DNA of 64,000 nt. It comes from Burkholderiales bacterium. Lineage in GTDB: Bacteria > Pseudomonadota > Gammaproteobacteria > Burkholderiales > SG8-39. Under the pieces are notes generated by a model, which made no database searches, was not told where the DNA came from, and saw only the letters and a program-made list of their open reading frames with translations. Positions 45,525 through 52,621 of the stretch are shown one piece after another; position 1 is the stretch's first letter; each line of letters opens with the position of its first letter. The position numbers and the translations under genes are program-made. The stretch lies in NCBI GenBank assembly GCA_035459025.1, contig DATHYT010000027.1:294-64293 (forward strand), given 5' to 3'.

Positions 45525-46499
45525 TCAGTCGCCGCGCGCGCCCGAGAGCTGCACCACCTCCGACCATTTCACGACTTCTGCCGCGATCACCGCGCCGAAC
45601 CCGACCGGCGTGCTCGGCGCGGGTTCGGCACCCGCGGCGATGATGCGATCGCGCACCTCGGCGCGCTTCAGCGCCGCGACGAAATCGCCGTTGAGCCGCG
45701 CGACGATCGCGCCCGGCGTGGTCACCGGCACCACGATGCCGAGCCAATCACCGGCCTCGTATCCGGGCAGACCCGCCTCGGCGAAGGTCGGCGCGTCGGG
45801 CGCGGCGAACACGCGCTTCGCGCTGCTCACCGCGAGCGCCTTGAGCTTGCCCGACTTGACGTGCGGCAGGGCCGACTGCACGTCGACCAAGGCGAGCGAG
45901 AGCTTGCCGTTGGCCGCGTCCGCCGCCGCGGCGCCATCGCCTTTGTACGGCACGTTCACCATCTGCACTTTCGCCATCAGCTTGAACAGCTCGGCCGCCA
46001 GGTGCGTCGCGGTGCCGTTGCCGCCGAAGCCGATGAGCATCTCGCCTGGCTTGGCGCGCGCGAGCGCCAACAGCTCCTCGAGCGTCGCTGCCGGCAGCGT
46101 GGGCGGCGCGACCAGCAGAAAAGGAAACTGCGCGATGCTCGTCACCGGCGCCAGGTCCGTCACCGGGTTGTACGGCATCTTCGCGTACAGGCTCGAGTTG
46201 GTGGCAAGCGCGCCCGAGCCGCCGAGGCCGATGGTGTAGCCGTCGGGCGCGGCTTTGGCGACCAGGTCGATGCCCTCGCTGCCATTTCCGCCGGGCTTGT
46301 TCTCGATCACCACCGGCTGGCGCAGCCGCTCCGCGAGCAGCGGCACCATGGCGCGCGCCAGCACGTCGCCGGGCTCGCCGGGCGCAAACGCGACGACGAA
46401 GCGGATCGACTTCGTCGGGTAGGTGGGCTGCTGCGCCGCCGCCGGCGCGATGCTGAGCGCGGCGCATGCGGCGAGCAGCCCGCGGGTCACGAGTCTCAT
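45525..46499 (-). CDS. Bug/TctC-family tripartite tricarboxylate transporter substrate-binding protein
   Basis: It has a signal peptide. The Bug-family core reads [24 protein letters not shown]...[11 protein letters not shown]. Confidence 0.88.
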   Translation of the reverse strand: MRLVTRGLLAACAALSIAPAAAQQPTYPTKSIRFVVAFAPGEPGDVLARAMVPLLAERLRQPVVIENKPGGNGSEGIDLVAKAAPDGYTIGLGGSGALATNSSLYAKMPYNPVTDLAPVTSIAQFPFLLVAPPTLPAATLEELLALARAKPGEMLIGFGGNGTATHLAAELFKLMAKVQMVNVPYKGDGAAAADAANGKLSLALVDVQSALPHVKSGKLKALAVSSAKRVFAAPDAPTFAEAGLPGYEAGDWLGIVVPVTTPGAIVARLNGDFVAALKRAEVRDRIIAAGAEPAPSTPVGFGAVIAAEVVKWSEVVQLSGARGD

Positions 46500-46568
46500 G
46501 CAGCCTCCTTGAAGCGTGAAGGGTAGCCTGCGCAGGCCCGGTGCGCCAGTGTCGTGCGCCGGCGCCGC

Positions 46569-47345
46569 TCAGCGCCCGAGCGTGGCGAAGGTGCGTTGCA
46601 GGGCGTGCACCTGCCCCAGATAGCCGCCCACGTTCTGCCCGCCGCAGCGCTGGTTCGAGCCCAGCTGGAACCCCCGCTTCGCGAATGCCTCGCCTGCCGC
46701 CACCCCGCACAAATGCATGATCGCCGCCAGGTCCTGCTTCTGGCGCAGCGTGGCGTCGATCTTGCGAGCCTCGAGCGTGCGGGACACGCTCTTGTCGAGA
46801 AAGGCGGCCGTCATCTCCGCCGCGTGGCTGGGCACCACGCGGAAGTACAGCCCGTTGAACCAGCACGAGCGCCAGTCGTGCCACGGACCGTCCTCGGCGA
46901 CTTGGTTGTCGTGGATGCAGTAGCGCTTCGCCTGCTGCAAGGTGCCGTCGGTGATCTGGTACATGCCGACCGCGCTCGAGGCCGGGCGGTAGACGTCGAA
47001 CGGATCCTCGGTGAGCCGCCAGCGCCAGGGCGTGCGCGCGAGCGGGTTGCCCGCGCCCTCGACCTGCGCCAGCGCGGCGAGGAAGTCGGGGGTGATGACG
47101 GCGGTGGCGTGCGCGCGGAAGATCGGCTCGTAGCTGCGCCAGGTTTCCGCCGGCGCCTTGTCGAGCGCGCCGCTCGCCGGCGAGAAGATCTCCGTGGGCT
47201 TGCGCGCGAGTTGCACCAGCGCGTTGGCGGCGAGCCACAGCGCGACGGCGAGCGCAAGCGCGATGCCGATCTGCGACCAGAGCGGCGCGTGGCGCAGCCT
47301 GTGCCACGCCGTGCGCGCGATTCCGGGACGTTTGCTGCCTTTCAG
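46569..47345 (-). CDS. Membrane-anchored SLT-domain lytic transglycosylase; 5' end uncertain
   Basis: The SLT motifs are QVEGAGNPLA...SSAVGMYQITDGT. The track ORF starts at GTG 47216, immediately after a TM helix (LWSQIGIALALAVALWLAANAL) that is encoded in the same open frame upstream. I extended to CTG 47345, which overlaps the stop of the small ORF. Confidence 0.65.
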   Translation of the reverse strand: MKGSKRPGIARTAWHRLRHAPLWSQIGIALALAVALWLAANALVQLARKPTEIFSPASGALDKAPAETWRSYEPIFRAHATAVITPDFLAALAQVEGAGNPLARTPWRWRLTEDPFDVYRPASSAVGMYQITDGTLQQAKRYCIHDNQVAEDGPWHDWRSCWFNGLYFRVVPSHAAEMTAAFLDKSVSRTLEARKIDATLRQKQDLAAIMHLCGVAAGEAFAKRGFQLGSNQRCGGQNVGGYLGQVHALQRTFATLGR

Positions 47346-47473
47346 TTGAGGACCGAGTAGCCCCGGTTGCGCAGGCAGTTCTTCACTACCCGCTGGCGCT
47401 CCTGCCGGGTTGCGGCGGCGCAGGCGCTGGCGCCGATCAGGGTCACGAGCAGCAGAGCGGGAAGGATCTTCAT
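47342..47473 (-). CDS. Unlisted 43-codon lipoprotein-like small ORF
   Basis: ATG 47473 to TGA 47342 translates as MKILPALLLVTLIGASACAAATRQERQRVVKNCLRNRGYSVLN. It has a signal peptide with an [AGS]-C lipobox-compatible end. 38 of 42 third codon positions are G/C. The SD is weak. It is below the 60-aa track cut-off. Confidence 0.4.
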   Translation of the reverse strand: MKILPALLLVTLIGASACAAATRQERQRVVKNCLRNRGYSVLN

Positions 47474-47493
47474 CGCCGCTAGTGTAGCCGCGC

Positions 47494-48468
47494 TCAGCCG
47501 ATCTTGATCGCGTTGCCGCTACGCGCCGACGCCACCACCGCCTCGGTCCCCGCCACCACGTTCACGATCTCCTCGGGCGCGATCACGAATTTCAACCCGC
47601 CTGCCGCCGCGTCGGCGAACGCCTCCAGCTCCGCGCGCTCCTTGTCGGTCGCCGCGAAGGCGAAGCGCCGGACGTTGCCTTCGAGATCGGAGAGCTCGAG
47701 CGCGGTATCGCCGCGCAATTCCAGGGCTCCCTTCGCGCCGAACGCGTGCAGGCGGTAGAACCGGGTCGCCGCGTGCAGCGTCGCCAGGGTGCCGGTCGCG
47801 CCGCCCGCGAAGCGCAACAGGCAGGAGGTCGTGTCGTCGACATCGATGTCGAGCTGCTGGCGCTCGCTGATGGCGAGAACTTCGGTCGCGAGCCCGGCGA
47901 GATGCACCATGGCGTCGAGCACGTGGCAGCCGCGTGCGGTCATCGAGCCGCCCGGGCTCTCGATGCGGTTGGAGCGCCAGTTGCCCGGCGCGATCTGATA
48001 GCTCGGCGGGCCGGAGAAGTTGCCCTCGATATGGCGCAGCGCGCCGATCTCGCCGGCCGCGATGCGCCGCTTCATCTCGGCATAGGCCGGCGCGTAGCGC
48101 CGATTGAAGCCGACGTGCAGCGTGATGCCGGCCGCGCGGCAAGCCTCGATCGCGCGCTCCGCGCTCTCGCGCGTCAGGGTGAAGGGCTTTTCCACGAACA
48201 CGTGCTTGCGGGCTTGCGCCGCCGCCGCGATCTCGGCGGCGTGCTGCGAATGCGGCGTCGCCAGCACCACCGCGTCGATGGCGGAATCGGCCAGCACATC
48301 CGCGTAACGCGATGTCAGCGCCAGACCGAAGCGCTCGCCGAGCGGTTTGAGTGCGGCCGGATCGCGGGTTACCGCCGCGACGAAGCGGATCTTCGGGCTC
48401 ACGCCTTGAACCGACTCGATCAGCCGCGTGCCCCAGTTGCCAGCCCCGCAGATGGCGACCCGCAGCAA
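47494..48468 (-). CDS. Gfo/Idh/MocA-family oxidoreductase
   Basis: TTG start (aa 64 of ORF 47494..48657), 5 nt after the upstream stop. Rossmann motif (M)LRVAICGAGNWG. Also contains HVFVEKP. Confidence 0.85.
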   Translation of the reverse strand: MLRVAICGAGNWGTRLIESVQGVSPKIRFVAAVTRDPAALKPLGERFGLALTSRYADVLADSAIDAVVLATPHSQHAAEIAAAAQARKHVFVEKPFTLTRESAERAIEACRAAGITLHVGFNRRYAPAYAEMKRRIAAGEIGALRHIEGNFSGPPSYQIAPGNWRSNRIESPGGSMTARGCHVLDAMVHLAGLATEVLAISERQQLDIDVDDTTSCLLRFAGGATGTLATLHAATRFYRLHAFGAKGALELRGDTALELSDLEGNVRRFAFAATDKERAELEAFADAAAGGLKFVIAPEEIVNVVAGTEAVVASARSGNAIKIG

Positions 48469-48472
48469 GCGG

Positions 48473-49480
48473 TCAGCCTTTCGCGAAAGACACCAGGATC
48501 TTGCCGGAGCGGCCGCCGCGCGCGGCGTGCGCCACCGCCTCCTTGATCTTACCGATCGGGTACACGGCCTCGACTTCCACGGCGAGCGTGCCGTCGGCCA
48601 CCCATGACGTGAGCTCGCGATACAGGGCCGCGACCTGCGCGGGCGGGGTGTCCACATACCACTTGCGCAGCCAGAAGCCCCGCAGATGCACGTCGCGAAA
48701 CACTGTATCCCGCCCGTCCACCATGCAGGGCTCGCCGCTCAGCACGCCGTAGTTGACCACCGTCCCGCCGTCGCTCACGCACCGGGCGAGCCGCTGCGTG
48801 GCCGAGCCGCCCACCGCGTCGATGGCGAGCGGCAGCGGCGCCTCGCCGATTGCCGCCCGCACGCGCTTGTCCAGATCCGGTCCGTCGGTGAGCACGACGT
48901 TGCCGCCGAACGCCTGCAACGGCTTTATCAGCTCCTCGCGACGCACGACGTTGACCGTCTTCACGCCTGCCTGACGCGCGAGCCGGATCAGGCAGTGACC
49001 GACGCCGGAGTTGGCCGCGTTCTGGATCACCCACTGCCCGGGCTTGGGCGCGACGAACTGATGCAGCATCAGGTAGGCGGTCGGCGGATTCACGCGCAGC
49101 ATCGCGAGCTGCTTCGGGTCCACACCTTCCGGCAGCGCGAAGACCGCCTTCGCGGGCGCCTTGATGCGCTCGCGCCAGCACCCGGGGCCGGGCAGCAACA
49201 CCCGGTCGCCGGGCTTTACGTGGCGGACCGCCGCGCCCGCCGCGGCGATGCGCCCGACGCCTTCCGCGCCCGGCGTCATGGGCAGCGCGGGCGGTACCGC
49301 GCCGTACTTGCCTTCGATGTTGAGGACATCAGCGGGATTGATCGGGAAGAACTCGGTCTCCACGACCACTTCTTCGGGGCCGGGCGCGCCGGGATCGGGC
49401 TGCTCGAGCACCTCGATCGCGGCTTCGGGTCGGCCGAACGCGCCTACGTGAGCGGCGAGCATGGAGTCATCGTATTGCAT
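48473..49480 (-). CDS. Medium-chain dehydrogenase/reductase (quinone oxidoreductase / enoyl reductase-like)
   Basis: Contains FPINPADVLNIEGKYG, the nucleotide motif NAANSGVG and the MDR fold length (335 aa). Confidence 0.85.
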   Translation of the reverse strand: MQYDDSMLAAHVGAFGRPEAAIEVLEQPDPGAPGPEEVVVETEFFPINPADVLNIEGKYGAVPPALPMTPGAEGVGRIAAAGAAVRHVKPGDRVLLPGPGCWRERIKAPAKAVFALPEGVDPKQLAMLRVNPPTAYLMLHQFVAPKPGQWVIQNAANSGVGHCLIRLARQAGVKTVNVVRREELIKPLQAFGGNVVLTDGPDLDKRVRAAIGEAPLPLAIDAVGGSATQRLARCVSDGGTVVNYGVLSGEPCMVDGRDTVFRDVHLRGFWLRKWYVDTPPAQVAALYRELTSWVADGTLAVEVEAVYPIGKIKEAVAHAARGGRSGKILVSFAKG

Positions 49481-49544
49481 TTCTCACGCGCCGGCCAAGA
49501 CATGCCGGATGCCCTGGGCGCAAGCGTGCAATCTCTGTTCGGCC

Positions 49545-49637
49545 ATGCTGACCGTCGACGAGGTCCGCGCCGTACCGCTGTTTTCGAAGCTCGCGACGCT
49601 CCAGCTCTCCCGCCGCCTGGCTGGCACCATGAACTAG
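49545..49637 (+). pseudogene. 30-codon remnant resembling the N-terminus of a cyclic-nucleotide-binding (Crp/Fnr-type) protein
   Basis: Translation is MLTVDEVRAVPLFSKLATLQLSRRLAGTMN followed by a stop. The VPLFSxL...L..LA pattern is the usual opening of cNMP-binding domains. The frame ends at a CTAG shared with the convergent VOC stop. Confidence 0.35.
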
Positions 49638-49981
49638 GCGCGGCTGGGCGTGTACAGCTCGATGCCGTTGCCTTCCGGATCCGTGATCCTGAAGGACGTG
49701 AATTCCGGTCCCGCCTTCGGCGTGGCATCGAACTTCTTCGCCCATTCACTGAGCGCCTCGAGCGATGGCACGCGAAAGCCCATGTGCAGCTCGTCGGGGC
49801 TGCGATTGACCGGCGCGCCCGAATGGAACGCGATGAGCAGGCCGGGCCCGCGCACCAGGTGCTCTTCCGCCTTTAGGGAAAACGTGCGCGCGTACCACTG
49901 GGCCAGACCGAGCGGATCCCGGGCCGGGATGTTCATGTGATCAAGACGGATGTCCGACACGGTGGATTGCCCTTCGGTCAA
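49634..49981 (-). CDS. VOC (glyoxalase/bleomycin-resistance/dioxygenase) family protein
   Basis: 115 aa. Contains IRLDHMNIPARDP...HMGFRV...ITDPEGNGIELY. Confidence 0.8.
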   Translation of the reverse strand: MTEGQSTVSDIRLDHMNIPARDPLGLAQWYARTFSLKAEEHLVRGPGLLIAFHSGAPVNRSPDELHMGFRVPSLEALSEWAKKFDATPKAGPEFTSFRITDPEGNGIELYTPSRA

Positions 49982-50056
49982 GGATTGCAGAGCGGCATCT
50001 TAATCCACGCACGGCCCCTTCGTTCGCAAACGAATCCGGCCAAGTCGTCGGCGCCA

Positions 50057-51250
50057 TCAATCGGCTGCCGCCGAAACCCCGGATCCCCGTTCGTCTATCC
50101 GCCACCTGGCTTGCAGCGTGCGCAGCAGCGCGACACAAGCAACAACGCTCGCCATGAGCAGTGCCGCGAGCAGCACCGGGGCCTTCGCGCTCCCGGTCCA
50201 GTCGCGCAGCCAGCCCGCGAGCACCGGCATCAGCGTCATGCCGAGGTAGTACCAGGTGTAGAAGATGCCGAGTCCGGGGCCCCTGTTCTCGCGGCTTACG
50301 GCCTCGGCCGACAGCGACATGAGCGCGCCAGCCGGTATTCCGGAAATGATTCCCACCAGGACAAGACCTGCCTCAGGCAATGTTCCGGTGGTGATGACGA
50401 CGAGCATGGCCGACGAGGCCAGCAGCAGCGCCGCGAGCGCCAGCGTGACATGCCTGGTGGACTGCAGCAGTCGCCCGCCGATCGGTACCGAGACCATCAT
50501 CGTCCACATGAACAGGCTGGTGACCGAACTGGCGGCGCCGCGCTCGTAGCCCAGCGATATGAGCGCGCCCGGCATGAAGCTGACCACAAGAATGAACGCA
50601 GCGTTGTAGAGCGTCCAGGCCACGCCGACCACGCTGGTGTGGACAAGCTGCCGCATTGGCAGCCCGTATCTCAGCGGCTCGCCGTGCAGATCAAGAGGTG
50701 CGGGCGGTGCGCGGTAGAACAGCGCGGTCAGCAGCAAGGCCGCCAGCGCCGCGAGCGCCGTGACGTACATCACCGAGTTCCAGCCGTAGGCGGCCGCGAC
50801 CGGATTGTGAATCAGCAGTCCGAGCGCGATGCCGATCGGCCAGGCCGTCAGCATGATGGCCAGCGCCGGCACGATCTCTTTCTCGAAGAACCACTCGGTG
50901 ACCATCTTCGTGAGAATCACGTTGAAGATCGTGCCGCCCACGCCGGTGATGAGCCGGCCGGCATACAGCTCGGTCGCGTCCGCGGCAGATCCCATCACGT
51001 AGGCGCCGACCGTCATCGTCACTGCGCCGAGCATCAGCAGGTTCTTGTCGGAGATCGCGCGCGTCAGGGCGCCGCTGGGAATCGCGATGAACACCCCCGG
51101 CAGCAGGAACAGGCCGATCAGCGTGCCGACTTGCGCGTAACTGAGGCCGAAGGCGTCAATGAGCTGCGCGGAGGTCGAGGCGACCGACTGGAACTGGAAG
51201 CCCATCGCCAGCCGGACGAGAAACAGGATGAGCAGCATCAGCCAGCGCAC
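50057..51250 (-). CDS. MFS transporter
   Basis: 12 predicted TM helices. I place the start at GTG 51250, giving (M)RWLMLLILFLVRLAMGFQFQS. It is preceded by AGGGAGG at 5-nt spacing. The track ORF extends to 51358. Confidence 0.8.
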   Translation of the reverse strand: MRWLMLLILFLVRLAMGFQFQSVASTSAQLIDAFGLSYAQVGTLIGLFLLPGVFIAIPSGALTRAISDKNLLMLGAVTMTVGAYVMGSAADATELYAGRLITGVGGTIFNVILTKMVTEWFFEKEIVPALAIMLTAWPIGIALGLLIHNPVAAAYGWNSVMYVTALAALAALLLTALFYRAPPAPLDLHGEPLRYGLPMRQLVHTSVVGVAWTLYNAAFILVVSFMPGALISLGYERGAASSVTSLFMWTMMVSVPIGGRLLQSTRHVTLALAALLLASSAMLVVITTGTLPEAGLVLVGIISGIPAGALMSLSAEAVSRENRGPGLGIFYTWYYLGMTLMPVLAGWLRDWTGSAKAPVLLAALLMASVVACVALLRTLQARWRIDERGSGVSAAAD

Positions 51251-51426
51251 GGGCACCTCCCTGGATCGGCTCGCACCCGGGCCCCACAGGTTCGAGATAC
51301 TGCCGACTCGTGATTCCACGGACGGCGTCGAAGGATATACTTCACCACGCAGGATCAAAACAAAGAATCGGCCGTAGCAGACCGATTCGTTGCCTCACCC
51401 TTCGGGTCCGCAGGTCCCGCTTTTAG

Positions 51427-51441
51427 GGTACAGCCTGTACC
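51427..51441. promoter_or_regulatory. Perfect 7-1-7 palindrome, candidate operator
   Basis: GGTACAGcCTGTACC lies in the 280-nt divergent gap between the MFS and GYD genes. Confidence 0.25.
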
Positions 51442-51530
51442 ACCCAGCGAGCTCGCCGGCGCGTTGCTTTGCGCAGCCGCGCATGGTACTTCTTGAAGCC
51501 CAGGAGATCACTTTAGAGGAGGAGGACGTC

Positions 51531-51872
51531 ATGGCACTGTTCATGTTGATGGGAAAGTACTCACCGGAGGCGATCAAAACCATTATGGAAACCGGCTCGG
51601 ATCGGGAGGCGGCCGCCAGGACGGCGCTTGAAGCGGCGGGCGGCAAGCTGCTCGGCTTCTACGGGATGTTCGGCCAGGACTACAACGTCGCCATCGTCGC
51701 AGAGGTGCCGGGAAACGCCGAATACATCGGGGCGATCGCTCCTGCGCTGATGGCTGGAACCTTCACGGCGTTCAAATCGATCCCGCTTTACAAGGCGAGC
51801 GACGTGGTGAAGGCCTCGCAAATCGCCAAGAAAGTAAGCGCAGCCTACACGCCGCCGACGAAAGCAAAGTAG
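51531..51872 (+). CDS. GYD domain-containing protein
   Basis: Internal ATG (aa 48 of ORF 51390..51872), preceded by GAGGAGGAGGA. N-terminus MALFMLMGKYSPEAIKTI...GGKLLGFYGMFGQDYNVAIV. Confidence 0.75.
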   Translation: MALFMLMGKYSPEAIKTIMETGSDREAAARTALEAAGGKLLGFYGMFGQDYNVAIVAEVPGNAEYIGAIAPALMAGTFTAFKSIPLYKASDVVKASQIAKKVSAAYTPPTKAK

Positions 51873-51898
51873 AAGACGGACGCCGCGGCGTCGAAACG

Positions 51899-51930
51899 AA
51901 AAGGGCCAGCGCTTGCTGGCCCTTTGTATT
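51899..51930. terminator. Bidirectional rho-independent terminator between the GYD gene and tRNA-Arg
   Basis: Stem AAGGGCCAGC, loop GCTT, stem GCTGGCCCTT. It is followed by TGTATTT on the plus strand and by TTTTCGTTTCG on the minus strand. Confidence 0.6.
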
Positions 51931-52007
51931 TGGCGCGCCCGGCAGGATTTGAACCCACGACCCCTTGGTTCGTAGCCAAGTACTCTATCCAACTGAGCTA
52001 CGGGCGC
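51931..52007 (-). tRNA. tRNA-Arg (anticodon ACG)
   Basis: The reverse complement is GCGCCCGTAGCTCAGTTGGATAGAGTACTTGGCTACGAACCAAGGGGTCGTGGGTTCAAATCCTGCCGGGCGCGCCA. It has a 7-bp acceptor stem, anticodon loop CTACGAA and an encoded CCA. Confidence 0.93.
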
Positions 52008-52034
52008 GAGGCCGCAGATTATAGCGGAAAGCCG

Positions 52035-52571
52035 TCAGAACCCCCAGTAATCCAGCCCCTCGGGCAGCGGCTCGCCGTGCGCGAGCGACGCGAGCTTGGC
52101 GTACTGGCCTTCGGCGTACAGCAAAGGCTTGCCCTTCTTGCCGAACAGCACCTGCTGCACCTGCCCGAGAAAGACGGTATGCGAGCCGTGCTTGAGCTTC
52201 TTCACCACGCGGCAGTCGAACGACACCAGCGCATCGAGCAGCACCGGCGAGCCGGTGGCGAGCTTGGTCCATTCGCGCGTGTCGAACCGCTTCTCGCCCG
52301 ACTGCGCGCCGCTGAACAGGTTGGACAGATCCGAATCCTCCGCGCGCAGCACGTTCACGCAGAACGCCTTGCTCTTGGCCAGCGCGCCGTGCGTCGCCGC
52401 GCGCTGGTTCACGCACACCAATAGCGTCGGCGGCTCGGCGGTCACCGAGCACACCGCCGTCGCGGTGAGGCCGTAGCGATGCCCGGCGTGCGCTGCGGTG
52501 ATCACGTTCACCGCGTGCGCCAGGCCGCGCATGCCGAGCTTGAACTGGTCGGCGTTGACCGGCTGGTCCAT
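52035..52571 (-). CDS. Flavin reductase family protein (NAD(P)H-FMN oxidoreductase, RutF/HpaC-like)
   Basis: Contains FKLGMRGLAHAVNVITA...GLTATAVCSVTAEPPTLLVCVN. The start is ATG 52571 (MDQPV) or 52592. Confidence 0.85.
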   Translation of the reverse strand: MDQPVNADQFKLGMRGLAHAVNVITAAHAGHRYGLTATAVCSVTAEPPTLLVCVNQRAATHGALAKSKAFCVNVLRAEDSDLSNLFSGAQSGEKRFDTREWTKLATGSPVLLDALVSFDCRVVKKLKHGSHTVFLGQVQQVLFGKKGKPLLYAEGQYAKLASLAHGEPLPEGLDYWGF

Positions 52572-52621
52572 GCACGCGATTATTGCACGCACCCCCCGCG
52601 CATCTTTCCACGGAGCAGCCT

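Noticed and set aside
51390-51530. 47-codon N-terminal extension of the GYD ORF
   Set aside because: The extension lacks protein-like character (MPHPSGPQVPLLGYSLYHPASS...). The internal ATG 51531 has a strong GAGGAGGAGGA ribosome-binding site and gives the usual roughly 110-aa GYD size.
49634-51930. Possible genomic island integrated at the 3' end of tRNA-Arg
   Set aside because: I found no integrase, no mobility genes and no direct repeat of the tRNA 3' end at the far boundary. GC content and codon style look like the rest of the window. Only the cNMP gene stump hints at a rearrangement.
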